Shown: piece by piece, positions 18,937 through 27,250 of the stretch
How positions within the stretch are numbered: position 1 is the first letter of the stretch
Layout: every line of letters starts with the position of its first letter
IMG/VR virus record: IMGVR_UViG_3300009285_000025
Direction: 5' to 3' (one strand)
From: a virus
Length of the DNA: 41,874 nucleotides
Translations under genes and position numbers: made by a program
Notes under the pieces: generated by a model
The model's input: the letters and a program-made list of their open reading frames with translations, nothing else
The model's database searches: none
What the model was told of the DNA's origin: nothing

Positions 18937-21097
18937 TAGAATTCTGGTCTGCCTCTACCTGCCCTGCCGTAGGTTCAGGCGGATTTTCAGGATTAACCTC
19001 ACCTGCCATAGGCGACCTGCCCTCCATTCCCTTAATACCGCCGCCCGAGCTCTGCTGTGGCATTCCCATTGCCGCCTGTTGCATCATTTGCATTTTCTGT
19101 AATCCTAAAACCATCATTTGTTCCGTAAGTCCTGCGTGGTCATCAAAAGCCACCTGTATATCTTTCGGCAAATTACGATATTCTAATGTTTTCCTATAGG
19201 CATTCAGCACCGCAAGATGAATGGCGTGATTCTCAAATTCTCTCGGAATACATCTTGTCCCCTGCTTCATCATATTATTTTCTAACGTTGCGTTTTGTTC
19301 ATCCGCCTTTGCGTCTGCCATCATTTTCTTATCGCTACCTAATCCTAAATACTTTGTAATATATTGAGAATGCTGCGGATTTACAGAAGACAAGACCCCC
19401 ATCTGTATCAGTTGCACGACCTCCTGTCTTTTGGCAATAGGATTTTTAGGCATCGCCGAACCTTCTATTACCCTAACATCAAAATAATCCGCATCAGCAT
19501 TATCGCCCTTCAATGCCTTTGCACCAAATTTTACAACCTCTATAGCACTATCCCTACCACCAATTTTTACCTGCCTCTCCTCACTTACAAATTGGTCAAC
19601 TAATTGCAATATCATCCTGCCAACCTTAGACATCAACTGCTCCATATGTTTTGTAAGCGGATAAATTGTCCTATCATCTGCACCCACAAGCATTGATATG
19701 CCAACACCACTTTTAATACTGCCTGGCGCTATTCCCCTTGAAACCTCGTGAACGGAAAGCAAATCCTCCAAATCCCTGCGAGTCCGTGCAATCATATTAT
19801 CCCACTGTCCTAAATATGGCGGAGGCGCCATATAATGCGGTTCTTCCCCCCTCATCCCAGGTTGAAAAGTCCACACAACGTCTCTCTCGTCTGTCAAATT
19901 ATCTTTCTCAACTTTACTTTGTTTGGGTATCAACAACCGTCTAACTAAATGATTATTTCTATCCTCTGTTTCTTGCGACCTTGCACGATTATAATCCTTC
20001 TGCATAGGTATTGCCTGCTCAAGCGGCGTCATTCCGTAAACCCGCCCATTTATATTTAGATATGACAAGTGCAATATAGGTATCTGTTTATGATTATAGG
20101 GAATACCTGTATTCCACAACACCTTATCTCCAGTAACAACGATATATCTCCCTTCTGGATGCCGACCACTAACTCTTTCCCAATATTCGTGAACTATACA
20201 CAATCTATCATCACCCTTCAGTGATGCTGAAGAATTAGATGTATTGGCGGACTTGCCATCAACACCAACCAAATCCCGCATATATTTATGATATAGAAAA
20301 GTTGTATCGCTATCCTCGGGTTTAATATCCCTAACTGCATCTTCGCCGAACATATCCCTCAATTGTCGTATAGATTTCAACCTTGAAACTAATATCCACT
20401 CATAATCACCATCAGTTGAATACGGGTCAACCATAACTTCAAATGGCGACAATACCTCGCAGTCCACATCACCCTCTGGGATTTTATCTACAATCGGATT
20501 GCCATCTTCATCTAAAACGGGAATATTTATAGGCGTCTGTATCATCTCTACGCCATCCATCATTTCCCCGATGTCCTGCATTTGCATTTGCATTTGCGGA
20601 ACCTCCCTAACCCTTCCCTTATTTTTATTCCAAAATATATATATCCACGCATTCCCCGTTTCACACGCCCAGCTATATAACTTTTCCCTTACTACGCCCA
20701 AATCTAACAAATACTCATAATACTCCAAAAGCTGGTCTGCCAATCTTGCTCTGCCTTCATCTTCCGCCTCACTCGTTGCAGGAGATACATATAAAAGCGG
20801 AGCATTTTGCAATAACTTCGCAAGCGTCAACTCATACCATTTTATACAAAAGTTTATAGTATGGCGAACTCTATTGCTGGGCTTACCAACATAAAAGGGC
20901 GCTACTGAATTAGCAGATACTTTAGTGTAATGATTGCCAATTAAATATAAATGATTCTTAAACCATATTTGCTCGTAGGCGTCTTTAGAGGATTCTCTCG
21001 ACTCCCATCTACTCTTAACTAAATTAACGGCTTCTTCGTTCTGCGAAGACGTTCCCGCCGTAACATTCTCGGACTGCACACCAACGTCAATTTCCAT
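18911..21097 (-). CDS. Portal protein (728 aa).
   Basis: Its size and its position between terminase and scaffold support the call. The C-terminal tail is Gln/Met/Gly-rich. Confidence 0.7.
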   Translation of the reverse strand: MEIDVGVQSENVTAGTSSQNEEAVNLVKSRWESRESSKDAYEQIWFKNHLYLIGNHYTKVSANSVAPFYVGKPSNRVRHTINFCIKWYELTLAKLLQNAPLLYVSPATSEAEDEGRARLADQLLEYYEYLLDLGVVREKLYSWACETGNAWIYIFWNKNKGRVREVPQMQMQMQDIGEMMDGVEMIQTPINIPVLDEDGNPIVDKIPEGDVDCEVLSPFEVMVDPYSTDGDYEWILVSRLKSIRQLRDMFGEDAVRDIKPEDSDTTFLYHKYMRDLVGVDGKSANTSNSSASLKGDDRLCIVHEYWERVSGRHPEGRYIVVTGDKVLWNTGIPYNHKQIPILHLSYLNINGRVYGMTPLEQAIPMQKDYNRARSQETEDRNNHLVRRLLIPKQSKVEKDNLTDERDVVWTFQPGMRGEEPHYMAPPPYLGQWDNMIARTRRDLEDLLSVHEVSRGIAPGSIKSGVGISMLVGADDRTIYPLTKHMEQLMSKVGRMILQLVDQFVSEERQVKIGGRDSAIEVVKFGAKALKGDNADADYFDVRVIEGSAMPKNPIAKRQEVVQLIQMGVLSSVNPQHSQYITKYLGLGSDKKMMADAKADEQNATLENNMMKQGTRCIPREFENHAIHLAVLNAYRKTLEYRNLPKDIQVAFDDHAGLTEQMMVLGLQKMQMMQQAAMGMPQQSSGGGIKGMEGRSPMAGEVNPENPPEPTAGQVEADQNSIEPPYEGT

Positions 21098-21458
21098 TTC
21101 TATTCCTCACTAACAATTCCTCTTTCTCATAATTAGTCAAAGCCCTATCTTGACCGCCAATTGTCTGCACATAATGGTCATAATCATCCATACTCTCAAA
21201 CGCTATATTATTTTTAGTGTCAATCATCACGCCATCAGCATCCACCTTTACGTGGTCAGGAAGTTTTAAAATAATGTCGCTACTATTCGGAATATCGACA
21301 ACCTTTACATCTTGCTTGATATTATCATCATAATACGTTCCCTGAATACGAGTATATAATTCCCTACGTTCCCTGTATGCAAGGTCGCATACTTTATTTA
21401 TACACCACACTAAAGCAATAATCGTAATTGCCAATATACCTACAATCAGCTCTACCAT
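21087..21458 (-). CDS. Hypothetical protein with an N-terminal transmembrane helix (123 aa).
   Basis: ORF track. The N-terminus reads MVELIVGILAITIIALVWCI. Confidence 0.5.
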   Translation of the reverse strand: MVELIVGILAITIIALVWCINKVCDLAYRERRELYTRIQGTYYDDNIKQDVKVVDIPNSSDIILKLPDHVKVDADGVMIDTKNNIAFESMDDYDHYVQTIGGQDRALTNYEKEELLVRNRNGN

Positions 21459-21459
21459 A

Positions 21460-22146
21460 TTAGTAATCTACTCCTAACTGAAAATCATAGGGCGATTCCC
21501 ACCGAGAATTACCGTTACGTAAATTCCTCGCCATTCCCCTTATATGCTCAATATGTGGAGACACCCTACTTGCCAATTTACTGCCCACAACTCCTTGACG
21601 CCATCTCTTCTGCGGAAACAATTTTGCCATACATAAATAACGCAACGCATCACACAAATGGTCGTCCACTTTTCTTATCTTTTCTCTCTGCCTATCATCC
21701 TTTACAACGCCCCTTACGTCCCTACGTCTATAATTTCTCATCTGGCGGAGTAGTTTATCATTCCCCTCACCATCAGACAAAATAAGAAGCTGTGGATTAT
21801 TCCACTCAAGACCTACGGGTTTATCCTTATCAATACGCATTAAAGACGAAACATAATTATTCCCCGCATCTACCGAGTTGTCACCATCTATACAATAAAT
21901 ACCATTTGCAATATATTCTAATTTTACCTGACTTCCTGGGTCTATAACATAGGTTGGAAGCACACCATCGATTGCCTGATAAGATAAAAATTCCTTCGAG
22001 TGTTCAGCTACAATCTTATTCTCCGCTAAATAAGAACGATAAACAATCATATTCCCATAAAAATCCACTGCTCCCCAAACCGCAGCAGTAAAATACCCCG
22101 TATCGATAGCAACCCCATATTCCCATTCTGGATTTAGCACTATCAC
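21460..22146 (-). CDS. terL: Terminase large subunit, C-terminal nuclease domain, as a separate ORF (228 aa).
   Basis: It has RNaseH-like nuclease motifs VAIDTGYFTAAVWGAVD and DDHLCDALRYL. The GTG start at 22146 overlaps the upstream TGA (ATGTGA) and lies 5 nt after AAGGAGGAGGTG. Confidence 0.8.
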   Translation of the reverse strand: MIVLNPEWEYGVAIDTGYFTAAVWGAVDFYGNMIVYRSYLAENKIVAEHSKEFLSYQAIDGVLPTYVIDPGSQVKLEYIANGIYCIDGDNSVDAGNNYVSSLMRIDKDKPVGLEWNNPQLLILSDGEGNDKLLRQMRNYRRRDVRGVVKDDRQREKIRKVDDHLCDALRYLCMAKLFPQKRWRQGVVGSKLASRVSPHIEHIRGMARNLRNGNSRWESPYDFQLGVDY

Positions 22147-22997
22147 ATCGCCACCTCCTCCTTTGCTATCTGGTAAAACTCATCTACCTTTTTAGAGGAA
22201 ATTAAAATATTGTCAAGTTCTTGATATATAATCTTACTTCGTGTCGCATACTTGCCGTAAATTCTCGCCTGAATCTCATCATCACCCAATGTCCGCATAA
22301 ACCTTTTAATCTGCACATCCGTAAGTAGTGGATTATCCCATATCTCTGGACTGAATATCTGAGAATCAGTATCAAATTCTACTGTCCCCTGCTTATCCCA
22401 TATATCCGTATATGTCCAGTCCATCCCTTCAATCGGAACAATCGTCATCCACAGACACCCATCCGTTGCAACAAGGCGAGCAACTATTTCCGTAAATATA
22501 TCTCTTGGACATTCCTCATCAACCCAAGCCCAATCAATATTCGCACCCGCAAATGCCTCCCTGCCGCTCTCTGCCGACTTGAATCGGACAATACAGCCAT
22601 CTGTAGTATGTAATGTCCTATACCTTTTCTCATAAGAAGCAATTTTATCTTTAGGAAAGAAATCAAAAAAGCGTCTCTGGGCGACTTCTAATCCTTTAGA
22701 GAAATCAGTAGAAACAACCCACCCCTCATTAGGCATACGGATATTCTTGCGATACGGATGAGTACCAAGAGAAAACCGTCCACCTTCAACAGCTGCCCCT
22801 GTGGTTTTGCCTACCTTATTAGAACCAATTACATATCTAAACGGCTTCTGACACTGATGAAACGCTTTTGCCCATTCAAACGGCTCGTAAAAATCTATTC
22901 CCCTTGCATCTTTACGGCTTTTCAGTTCCGTCAGAAGTTCCGTTATCTCCTGAAGTTGCGGATTCCTTTTCGCCTTTTGCATCAGCATTCTCCACAA
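22143..22997 (-). CDS. terL: Terminase large subunit, N-terminal ATPase domain, as a separate ORF (284 aa).
   Basis: It has Walker A GSNKVGKT, Walker B IDWAWVDEE, a coupling motif TIVP and the domain-end motif RIYGKY. Confidence 0.85.
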   Translation of the reverse strand: MWRMLMQKAKRNPQLQEITELLTELKSRKDARGIDFYEPFEWAKAFHQCQKPFRYVIGSNKVGKTTGAAVEGGRFSLGTHPYRKNIRMPNEGWVVSTDFSKGLEVAQRRFFDFFPKDKIASYEKRYRTLHTTDGCIVRFKSAESGREAFAGANIDWAWVDEECPRDIFTEIVARLVATDGCLWMTIVPIEGMDWTYTDIWDKQGTVEFDTDSQIFSPEIWDNPLLTDVQIKRFMRTLGDDEIQARIYGKYATRSKIIYQELDNILISSKKVDEFYQIAKEEVAM

Positions 22998-23502
22998 TTA
23001 CCTCCACGCTCTTTACAATATCCCTACCCTGATTCATAATGCTACTCAGTATCGCAGGGTCAAATTTACGGAGACGAGATAAAAGCTCATCATCTGTCAG
23101 ATTTGATATAATCGTATTGTTAGTTACATTTATATTTCTCGGAACTTGCACTCGTGATGCCATTATCTTACCCTCACGAAGCAGCGCCTCTGCCGCCTTC
23201 CTTTGCTCATCTGGCTCGCCATTCTCCATTATATACTCCAGCTTTTTTATGGCGTTGGGCATTGCCGATTGAAGCTCTATGGGAATTCCCCTGTCTAATG
23301 TGGCCTTAAATTGGGGGTCATTACCACACCAATAATAATATGCACCACGAGTTACATTAGCCGCCTCGATTGCCTTCTGCACGGTAGAGCCACCCAAAAT
23401 CGCAGTAGCAACAATTCTCTTTCTCTCATCCGTCCAATCCTCAATAGGTATTATCTCATTCAACGGCAATGAATTAACTCCGCCTATCCTACCTGTCATC
23501 AA
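22912..23502 (-). CDS. terS: Terminase small subunit candidate (196 aa).
   Basis: It lies directly upstream of terL and overlaps it. It has an HTH-like segment GGSTVQKAIEAANVTRGAYYYW. Confidence 0.55.
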   Translation of the reverse strand: MMTGRIGGVNSLPLNEIIPIEDWTDERKRIVATAILGGSTVQKAIEAANVTRGAYYYWCGNDPQFKATLDRGIPIELQSAMPNAIKKLEYIMENGEPDEQRKAAEALLREGKIMASRVQVPRNINVTNNTIISNLTDDELLSRLRKFDPAILSSIMNQGRDIVKSVEVIVENADAKGEKESATSGDNGTSDGTEKP

Positions 23503-23518
23503 TTACCCCCTCCCTTGC

Positions 23519-23887
23519 CTATCTTGGAACCCCACGTCTGTTTTTTATATGATAAAGAACATTCACCGAATGATTGCCCGCAATATCGCTTCTTACCAAT
23601 AACCCTGTCCCTACGGGTAATTGCCATTCGGGTTCATCTACGAATGTCGTTTTAGCCAATATATAAAAATCATTACCAATTTGCACTCCTGACGTGTCAG
23701 TGAACCATATATTCCCTGCCACATTTGTCGATAGGGTAATTTTATCTACTACCACAATGCCCGTATTTGTTGCAACAGACGACGCTACGGCAACCCCCGT
23801 CGCCTCTGTCCCGCTTATCGCAGCCGTATAATCTTGGTCAAACGACAGAACCGTCCAACTCCTCCTCACATCACTTGATATTGTCAT
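23519..23887 (-). CDS. Hypothetical protein (122 aa).
   Basis: ORF track. It is the second gene of the late operon. Confidence 0.55.
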   Translation of the reverse strand: MTISSDVRRSWTVLSFDQDYTAAISGTEATGVAVASSVATNTGIVVVDKITLSTNVAGNIWFTDTSGVQIGNDFYILAKTTFVDEPEWQLPVGTGLLVRSDIAGNHSVNVLYHIKNRRGVPR

Positions 23888-24267
23888 ATTTTTACCTCAT
23901 CATTCCCTTTAATCAACTTAATGTTACCCTCTTCCTTTATCTCATCCCTTATAGCCATTAACGTATAGAGAACGGGAGCAACCATTGCCACCCTTTCACC
24001 CAACGGATTACTATCTACAATCTTTATCAATACATCTATCTCCTCATCAGTAAAGTCAATCTCACTAACATTATCTGCATTAAACTTTTCTCTGATTTTT
24101 ACTACCTTTTCCATACCCCCCTGAACTCTCGACATATCTATCTGCATCTTCAAAAACTCAAAAATTGTTATATCCTTGCCATCGCTCACCCTCGTTACCT
24201 TTTTATCCTGTATCCTCAACACGTCATTAGATAGTATCATTTTTCCATTCTCCATTTTCCTTATCAA
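23884..24267 (-). CDS. Hypothetical protein, first gene of the late operon (start ambiguous: 24267 TTG, 24255 ATG or 24240 ATG).
   Basis: ORF track. The ATG at 24240 has the best SD (GGAG 9-10 nt upstream). Confidence 0.5.
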   Translation of the reverse strand: MIRKMENGKMILSNDVLRIQDKKVTRVSDGKDITIFEFLKMQIDMSRVQGGMEKVVKIREKFNADNVSEIDFTDEEIDVLIKIVDSNPLGERVAMVAPVLYTLMAIRDEIKEEGNIKLIKGNDEVKI

Positions 24268-24342
24268 CTAAAATTCTTATTCTTATGCTCCACCTTTTCA
24301 GGCAAGCTCTTAAAAAAGGATGTGCCATTCTCCACAGTTCGC

Positions 24343-24370
24343 CTATCGACATCAGAACTATAAATCTTTA
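24343..24370 (-). promoter_or_regulatory. Sigma-28 (FliA)-like promoter candidate for the late operon.
   Basis: The minus strand reads TAAAGATT-N12-GTCGATAG. The enterobacterial FliA consensus is TAAAGTTT-N11-GCCGATAA. The site lies about 75-100 nt upstream of the first late gene. Confidence 0.4.
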
Positions 24371-24413
24371 ACAAAGTATGTGAAACTATTTTTAATTATT
24401 TATACGATTTTTG

Positions 24414-24442
24414 TTGACATAACTATAAACAGGCAGTATTAT
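24414..24442 (+). promoter_or_regulatory. Sigma-70-type early promoter.
   Basis: TTGACA (24414..24419), a 17-nt spacer, then TATTAT (24437..24442). Confidence 0.6.
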
Positions 24443-24449
24443 TCCTTTT

Positions 24450-24562
24450 ATGAAAACGCTTTATGAAAAGAATAATTAAAATTGCAGGGGGTAGGGCTAC
24501 ATCTCTCGCTATGTCGAAAGGCACGGCGGGGCGTTTTCATCCTACCCTCTGCTGTTTTTTTT
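24450..24562 (+). promoter_or_regulatory. Leader RNA element E1: interleaved helices A/A' and B/B' ending in a U-tract (terminator/attenuator).
   Basis: A 24450..24459 (atgaaaacgc) pairs with A' 24531..24540 (gcgttttcat). B 24484..24495 (gcagggggtagg) pairs with B' 24541..24552 (cctaccctctgc), 12 bp with one G-U. A T8 run follows at 24555..24562. Confidence 0.6.
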
Positions 24563-24583
24563 ATAGAGGGGGGGGCAAGTAAT

Positions 24584-25846
24584 ATGGTAGGCATAACGGC
24601 AAGGCAAAAACTTTTAGACGGGGATAATTTTATCGGGAACTATATCAGATATGCGAGCCAAAAAACCAGCGCAAAGGGTGTCTATCATTTAGCGATGGCA
24701 AAGTTATCCATAGCTACAATTCTCAATCATAATGTATATGTTGATGTAGGGACTCGGATATATCCGAACTTATGGATTTTGTTACTCGGCGCCTCTCGGA
24801 ATACGATGAAGACAACATCCTTAAACATAATGCGATATATTACTAATCGTATTCATAGACCTTGCACACCATACGAGCGGGACAAAGGGTTGTGCGATAT
24901 AAATGATGTAGGGTTCTGCACTAAATCGCACACGTTCTCGGCGCCAGCGTCATTTAGTTATGAAAAGATATTAGATGTATTGGCGGGAAGACCTTCGGCT
25001 TTATTTACATACAGCGAATTCAAATCGCTGATGGCAATGATTAACAATAATTATAATACAGAGCTTATGTCGTTTTTGACGGATATGTTTGACTGCCCGC
25101 CGATAATGGACAGAAGCACCCAAAAGGGCGAATTTGTCATAAAAGAACCGTATATCAATATAGGCGGATGTTCAACGATAGTATGGTTCACAGATTCTAT
25201 AAAAGAAGAGCATATCTCAGGCGGATTCCTCGCACGATTTATGTTTGTAATCGTAACCGAAAAGGTGCATAAGAAGAGCATCCACGACCTGACCAGTCCT
25301 TCCCAAAATGAAGAAAATAAGGTTGTTCACCAGCTCGAGGCAATTAAAGAGTTCGCTAAAACTGCCGGGCAGATGAGATTTTCTAAAGAAGCCGAACTCC
25401 TCCACCGCAAGTTTGAATTAGAGACGTTTGACAATACGCCGCCGATATTGGATGCCGTGATAGACCAGTATTGCACCTCTTGTATCAAGCTGGCTATCAT
25501 TTACGCCGCTAACGGGTTACGAGAGGAAATTTCTGCTGACGATATGGAGAATGCGATTAACGATACAAAAAGCGGTATCGTTGATTTATGCTCATTATTC
25601 TCTACGGGTAAAATTCAATTTACCGATTACGGCAAGAAATCACAAAAGATAGTCGAACTCATAGAACGTAAGGGCGGTAAGCTCTCAAGACGGGAACTCT
25701 TGCAATCATCCAATCTAAAGCTACAAGAATTTACACCTATCATAGATACTCTAATCCAAAGTGGCAGAATAGCACAGGTGCAGGACGGCAAACGTGGAGC
25801 ATATTCCTATACCCTTATGGAGAAATCATTATGCGAAAAGAGTTAG
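24584..25846 (+). CDS. DUF3987-like replication protein (helicase/initiator-like) with a C-terminal winged-helix (420 aa).
   Basis: RIYPNLWILLLGASRNTMKTTS, INIGGCSTIVWF and GGFLARFMFV fit my recollection of the DUF3987 pattern. The C-terminal ELIERKGGKLSRRELLQSS...GRIAQVQDGKRGAYSY looks like a wHTH. The start was trimmed from the track TTG at 24482 to the ATG at 24584, which follows GAGGGGGG. Confidence 0.55.
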   Translation: MVGITARQKLLDGDNFIGNYIRYASQKTSAKGVYHLAMAKLSIATILNHNVYVDVGTRIYPNLWILLLGASRNTMKTTSLNIMRYITNRIHRPCTPYERDKGLCDINDVGFCTKSHTFSAPASFSYEKILDVLAGRPSALFTYSEFKSLMAMINNNYNTELMSFLTDMFDCPPIMDRSTQKGEFVIKEPYINIGGCSTIVWFTDSIKEEHISGGFLARFMFVIVTEKVHKKSIHDLTSPSQNEENKVVHQLEAIKEFAKTAGQMRFSKEAELLHRKFELETFDNTPPILDAVIDQYCTSCIKLAIIYAANGLREEISADDMENAINDTKSGIVDLCSLFSTGKIQFTDYGKKSQKIVELIERKGGKLSRRELLQSSNLKLQEFTPIIDTLIQSGRIAQVQDGKRGAYSYTLMEKSLCEKS

Positions 25847-26187
25847 AAGAATTACAAGGGTTATTCGCCAAATACGAACTATACGACTACTTTGATATGG
25901 TATCCCGCTGGCTCGCCGATACAGACCTATACTCAAGCGATATTGCTCAATTTCTCGGCACCGGTAAATCCCAACTCTTGAAAGAAATAAGAAGTATGGT
26001 TACTAATAACCTCTTCAAAGTCCTCATCAGCGATACTATGCTTAATTCCGTTAAATCCCTTCAAGATATTGATAACCTTCGCTTCTGCCTGAATTACGAT
26101 AGTCGCTCCTGGCACCGTATCGCTCAGGCATTAAAAACCGCTAATTCTTATCAAAATACGCTATCCCGCTCCTTCTGTAGTATGTAG
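25831..26187 (+). CDS. Hypothetical 118-aa protein with a possible HTH segment.
   Basis: ORF track, with GGAG upstream. The segment SDIAQFLGTGKSQLLKEIR is HTH-like. The 3' end already contains two TGTAGTA repeats. Confidence 0.55.
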   Translation: MRKELEELQGLFAKYELYDYFDMVSRWLADTDLYSSDIAQFLGTGKSQLLKEIRSMVTNNLFKVLISDTMLNSVKSLQDIDNLRFCLNYDSRSWHRIAQALKTANSYQNTLSRSFCSM

Positions 26188-26391
26188 TAACTACCCCCCT
26201 ACCTATACCATAAAACCCTTAAATTTCAATAATTTAATAATTTATATACTACTACTACTACTACTAACTACACTACTACTTATACTATAACTATATATAT
26301 GATAGATACTTATGCGTAGTTTTACACATTACTACACTCCTTATGTAGTTACTACTTATACCCCTTATGTAGTAATGTAGTAAGTGTAGTA
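26176..26391. repeat. Iteron-like arrays: TGTAGTA repeats facing a (TAC)n/TACTAC array around an AT-rich core.
   Basis: TGTAGTA occurs at 26176, 26183, 26368, 26376 and 26385, with variants at 26344 and others. (TAC)5 at 26247..26261 continues as taactacactactac. TACTACA occurs at 26330. CCTTATGTAGT is present twice (26339, 26363). The core reads ctatatatatgatagat. Confidence 0.7.
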
Positions 26392-26818
26392 ACTTTAATT
26401 TTGCAAATTTCACAGATTCAGACCTGCAAACTCTGGCTATCTATCCTAAATACCGCCCCCCTTTATTCTAATCACTTTTCAAAATCTTAGGCACAGATGC
26501 AGAAGAGAGGGGGTATTGTCCCAATGACGCCACCCCCATAGGTAACCCTGTATGGTGTTACAGCGTTACAGTTATGCGGTATTAACATATATGGTAGTGT
26601 AGGTAGGTAGAAGTAGATAGGTGATGTTTCTTTACTGCCTATACGTTGGGGTTATATAGGGGCAAGGTAAGTAAAGAATGGCATAAAGGTAACTTCTCAT
26701 ATGGCATATAGGCAAGATTGCATACCTCGAGGTGTTTATCTCTACCTCTCTATCAACCGCCGTCCCTGTCTTTAGTGCGTTAGTTACTGCATTAAATACT
26801 ATCAAGGTCAAGGTATGA

Positions 26819-26840
26819 TATGTTGATAATATGTTGATAA
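26819..26840. repeat. 11-bp tandem repeat tatgttgataa x2, plus a partial third copy.
   Basis: Read directly: tatgttgataa tatgttgataa aatgtttaac. Confidence 0.8.
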
Positions 26841-26913
26841 AATGTTTAACTATCAAGTAATCACTGTTGCCCCCTGCCTATTCGCTATTTGCCTACGTTT
26901 GCATTATGCCTAT

Positions 26914-26933
26914 ATCCCTATCTATCCCTATCA
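26914..26933. repeat. 10-bp tandem repeat atccctatc(t/a) x2.
   Basis: Read directly. Confidence 0.8.
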
Positions 26934-27110
26934 CCTCATAATAACTATTGACATTTACGCCACTGCGTGGAGTTGCTCTACATTCAGCGACAGGGTCTCA
27001 AGTGTAGAATTACTTCCCTTTATCCATAGTTTGCGTCTGGCGGGTATCTACAAGCAATGTTAATTTCACGAATTTAAGGGTATGCCCTAAATCCTTGTAA
27101 ATTAAAGGGT

Positions 27111-27130
27111 ATAGGCAAATATAGGCAAAA
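27111..27130. repeat. 10-bp tandem repeat ataggcaaa(t/a) x2.
   Basis: Read directly. It shares the ATAGGCA core with five other dispersed copies in the region. Confidence 0.8.
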
Positions 27131-27200
27131 TCCTTGCATTATCAATAGATTAAAAGACATCACTACTTGGCAGTTGATGTATCATTCCTTGAAAAAGATT

Positions 27201-27250
27201 TTGCCTCTCACTTGCCTCTCACTTGCCTCTCACTTGCCTCTCACTTGCCT
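27201..27250. repeat. Perfect 11-bp tandem repeat ttgcctctcac x4.5.
   Basis: Copies lie at 27201, 27212, 27223 and 27234, with a partial copy at 27245..27250. TTGCCT is the reverse complement of the AGGCAA core at 27111..27130. Confidence 0.9.

Noticed and set aside
22143-22175. Programmed -1 frameshift joining the two terL ORFs.
   Set aside because: The only window where both frames are open (about 30 nt) has no slippery heptamer. A strong SD plus a GTG restart explains the arrangement. An indel artefact remains possible and is listed under findings.
1500-23272. Plus-strand track ORFs antisense to the structural genes (for example 1500..1700, 5471..5974, 6095..6676, 6842..7366, 8011..8367, 12737..13171, 15149..15925, 16941..17285).
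   Set aside because: All lie inside longer, motif-bearing minus-strand genes, lack an SD, and have biased low-complexity composition typical of shadow ORFs.
24482-24583. N-terminal 34 codons of the track ORF 24482..25846 (TTG start).
   Set aside because: This stretch is the B/B' stem and T8 run of leader element E1. The ATG at 24584 has a proper G-rich SD, so the extension is probably not translated.
25099-25106. A perfect GCCGATAA (sigma-28 -10 box), plus similar strings at 36440 and elsewhere.
   Set aside because: They lie inside coding sequence with no TAAA box at the right distance. They are most likely chance occurrences.
27201-27250. Possible CRISPR array.
   Set aside because: The repeats are 11 bp and directly abutting with no spacers. 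No cas genes are present. This is a simple tandem repeat.
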